Assembly: GCA_002633005.1 (NCBI GenBank)
Contig: NMRA01000350.1
Span: forward strand, 193,642 to 257,641
Direction of reading: 5' to 3'
DNA from: Phoronis australis
Taxonomy: Eukaryota > Animalia > Phoronida
DNA: 64,000 nucleotides
Position 1 is the first letter of the stretch. Each line of letters begins with the position of its first letter. Positions 63,050-64,000 of this stretch are shown here, piece by piece. The translations under genes and the position numbers were made by a program. The notes under the pieces were generated by a model. It made no database searches and was not told the origin of the DNA. It worked only from the letters and a program-made list of their open reading frames with translations.

Positions 63050-63790
63050 TCAAAAATAGAGAATACTACACGAGTCTCGGGTTTATGACATGGGTAAGAG
63101 ATTTTTCCCATGTCATAAATCTGAGACTCGTGTAGAATTGGTTTTCTCACATGAACCGTAAAAACGATCTTTTTTGCCGAAAAACTTGACGTGTCTAAAG
63201 CATAAACCGCAACTTTTGTAAAAACACGCTTGGGCAATGTAAAGTAATTCAGGTACTTTTTGTTGAAAGTTTTATTTTAAGCTCAACAATTGTAAACTGC
63301 ATTCAGCTTTCGTAGCAAATAAATTAGAATCTAATAAATAGTTTTTGAAGTTAAAATATTAAAACTTAAAAAATGTGAGCAAGATTTTCTCGCGCGTGAG
63401 CACTGAATTGACCTTGAGACAACACAACTAGACAGTCTCGCCGCGTTTCTCAAATTGGGGCTCGTCTCCATTTTAATGAACGTGGATGTGGAATTCGCCA
63501 CCGAAGATGGGTCCGTTAAAGAAGTTGTTTGCATGTCCTTCCGACTGGGAGTACGTACAGTTGCGACACACGATTTGTCAATCATAACCTTTTCAGCTTC
63601 TCGGAATTCCGGCTTTGTTGGGTTGGCGCTCGTTTGGTTGTTTAGTGTTTTGCGGACGGTAAAATGTAAGGCGTATGGATTTTTTACTTTGCACTACTTT
63701 GTGATTCGCCCATGTAATATCAAAAAATACGTATTCTGTGTTATTAGCCAGTCGTGTCTTAACACATTCCAGGTCATGTGAGAAAAAGCT
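63050..63790 (-). mobile_element. ~750-bp interspersed repeat, inverted paralog of 47235-48000 (and 45855-46586)
   Basis: ttttctcacatgaaccgtaaaaacgatc, ggaattcgccaccgaagatgggtccgtt and gtccttccgactggg match in reverse complement. Confidence 0.8.
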
Positions 63791-64000
63791 AACATTGGTA
63801 CATGTATTCATTTTCGTAGCCAAATTATTTAAAGTGATTATATGTATAAAAATACTGCTACAGCATCGTATCGAGAAGAAGATGTGGACATCGAGTCACA
63901 TCTACAAGTCTTAACATTGTGCAGGCCTACTCACGATATTCAAGAATTGGAGCTAATGAAAAAAGAGTCCTAGTTTGCTATCGGGTTAGAATCAGACGAG

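Overview
AT-rich, intron- and transposon-rich animal (invertebrate-like) genomic DNA; no prokaryotic features such as operons or CRISPR. Three host genes are supportable, all on the minus strand. (1) The 5' part of a multi-exon collagen gene (start ATG at 25653, ten reconstructed exons down to 1496, probably continuing past the left edge). It has a signal peptide, a CxxGCxC motif and about 60 Gly-X-Y triplets resembling a lengthened type IV (alpha2-like) 7S region. Its cysteine exon is present twice, flanking a LINE insertion. (2) A single-coding-exon, apparently secreted LRR + Ig protein (43229-45094). (3) An intact, intronless cytosolic malate dehydrogenase MDH1 (53528-54526), possibly a retrogene. 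The rest is mostly decayed or nested mobile DNA: Tx1/L1-like and CR1/L2-group LINE pieces, a Penelope element with a hammerhead-like motif, THAP-bearing Kolobok-like elements, hAT/Harbinger-type MITEs and a DINE/HINE-like element. A 1.37-kb tandem duplication straddles an 'n' and is probably an assembly artefact. All alignments and counts were done by eye; family assignments rest on recalled motifs, not database searches. I found no clearly new biological system; the LINE-associated exon duplication is the strongest lead.
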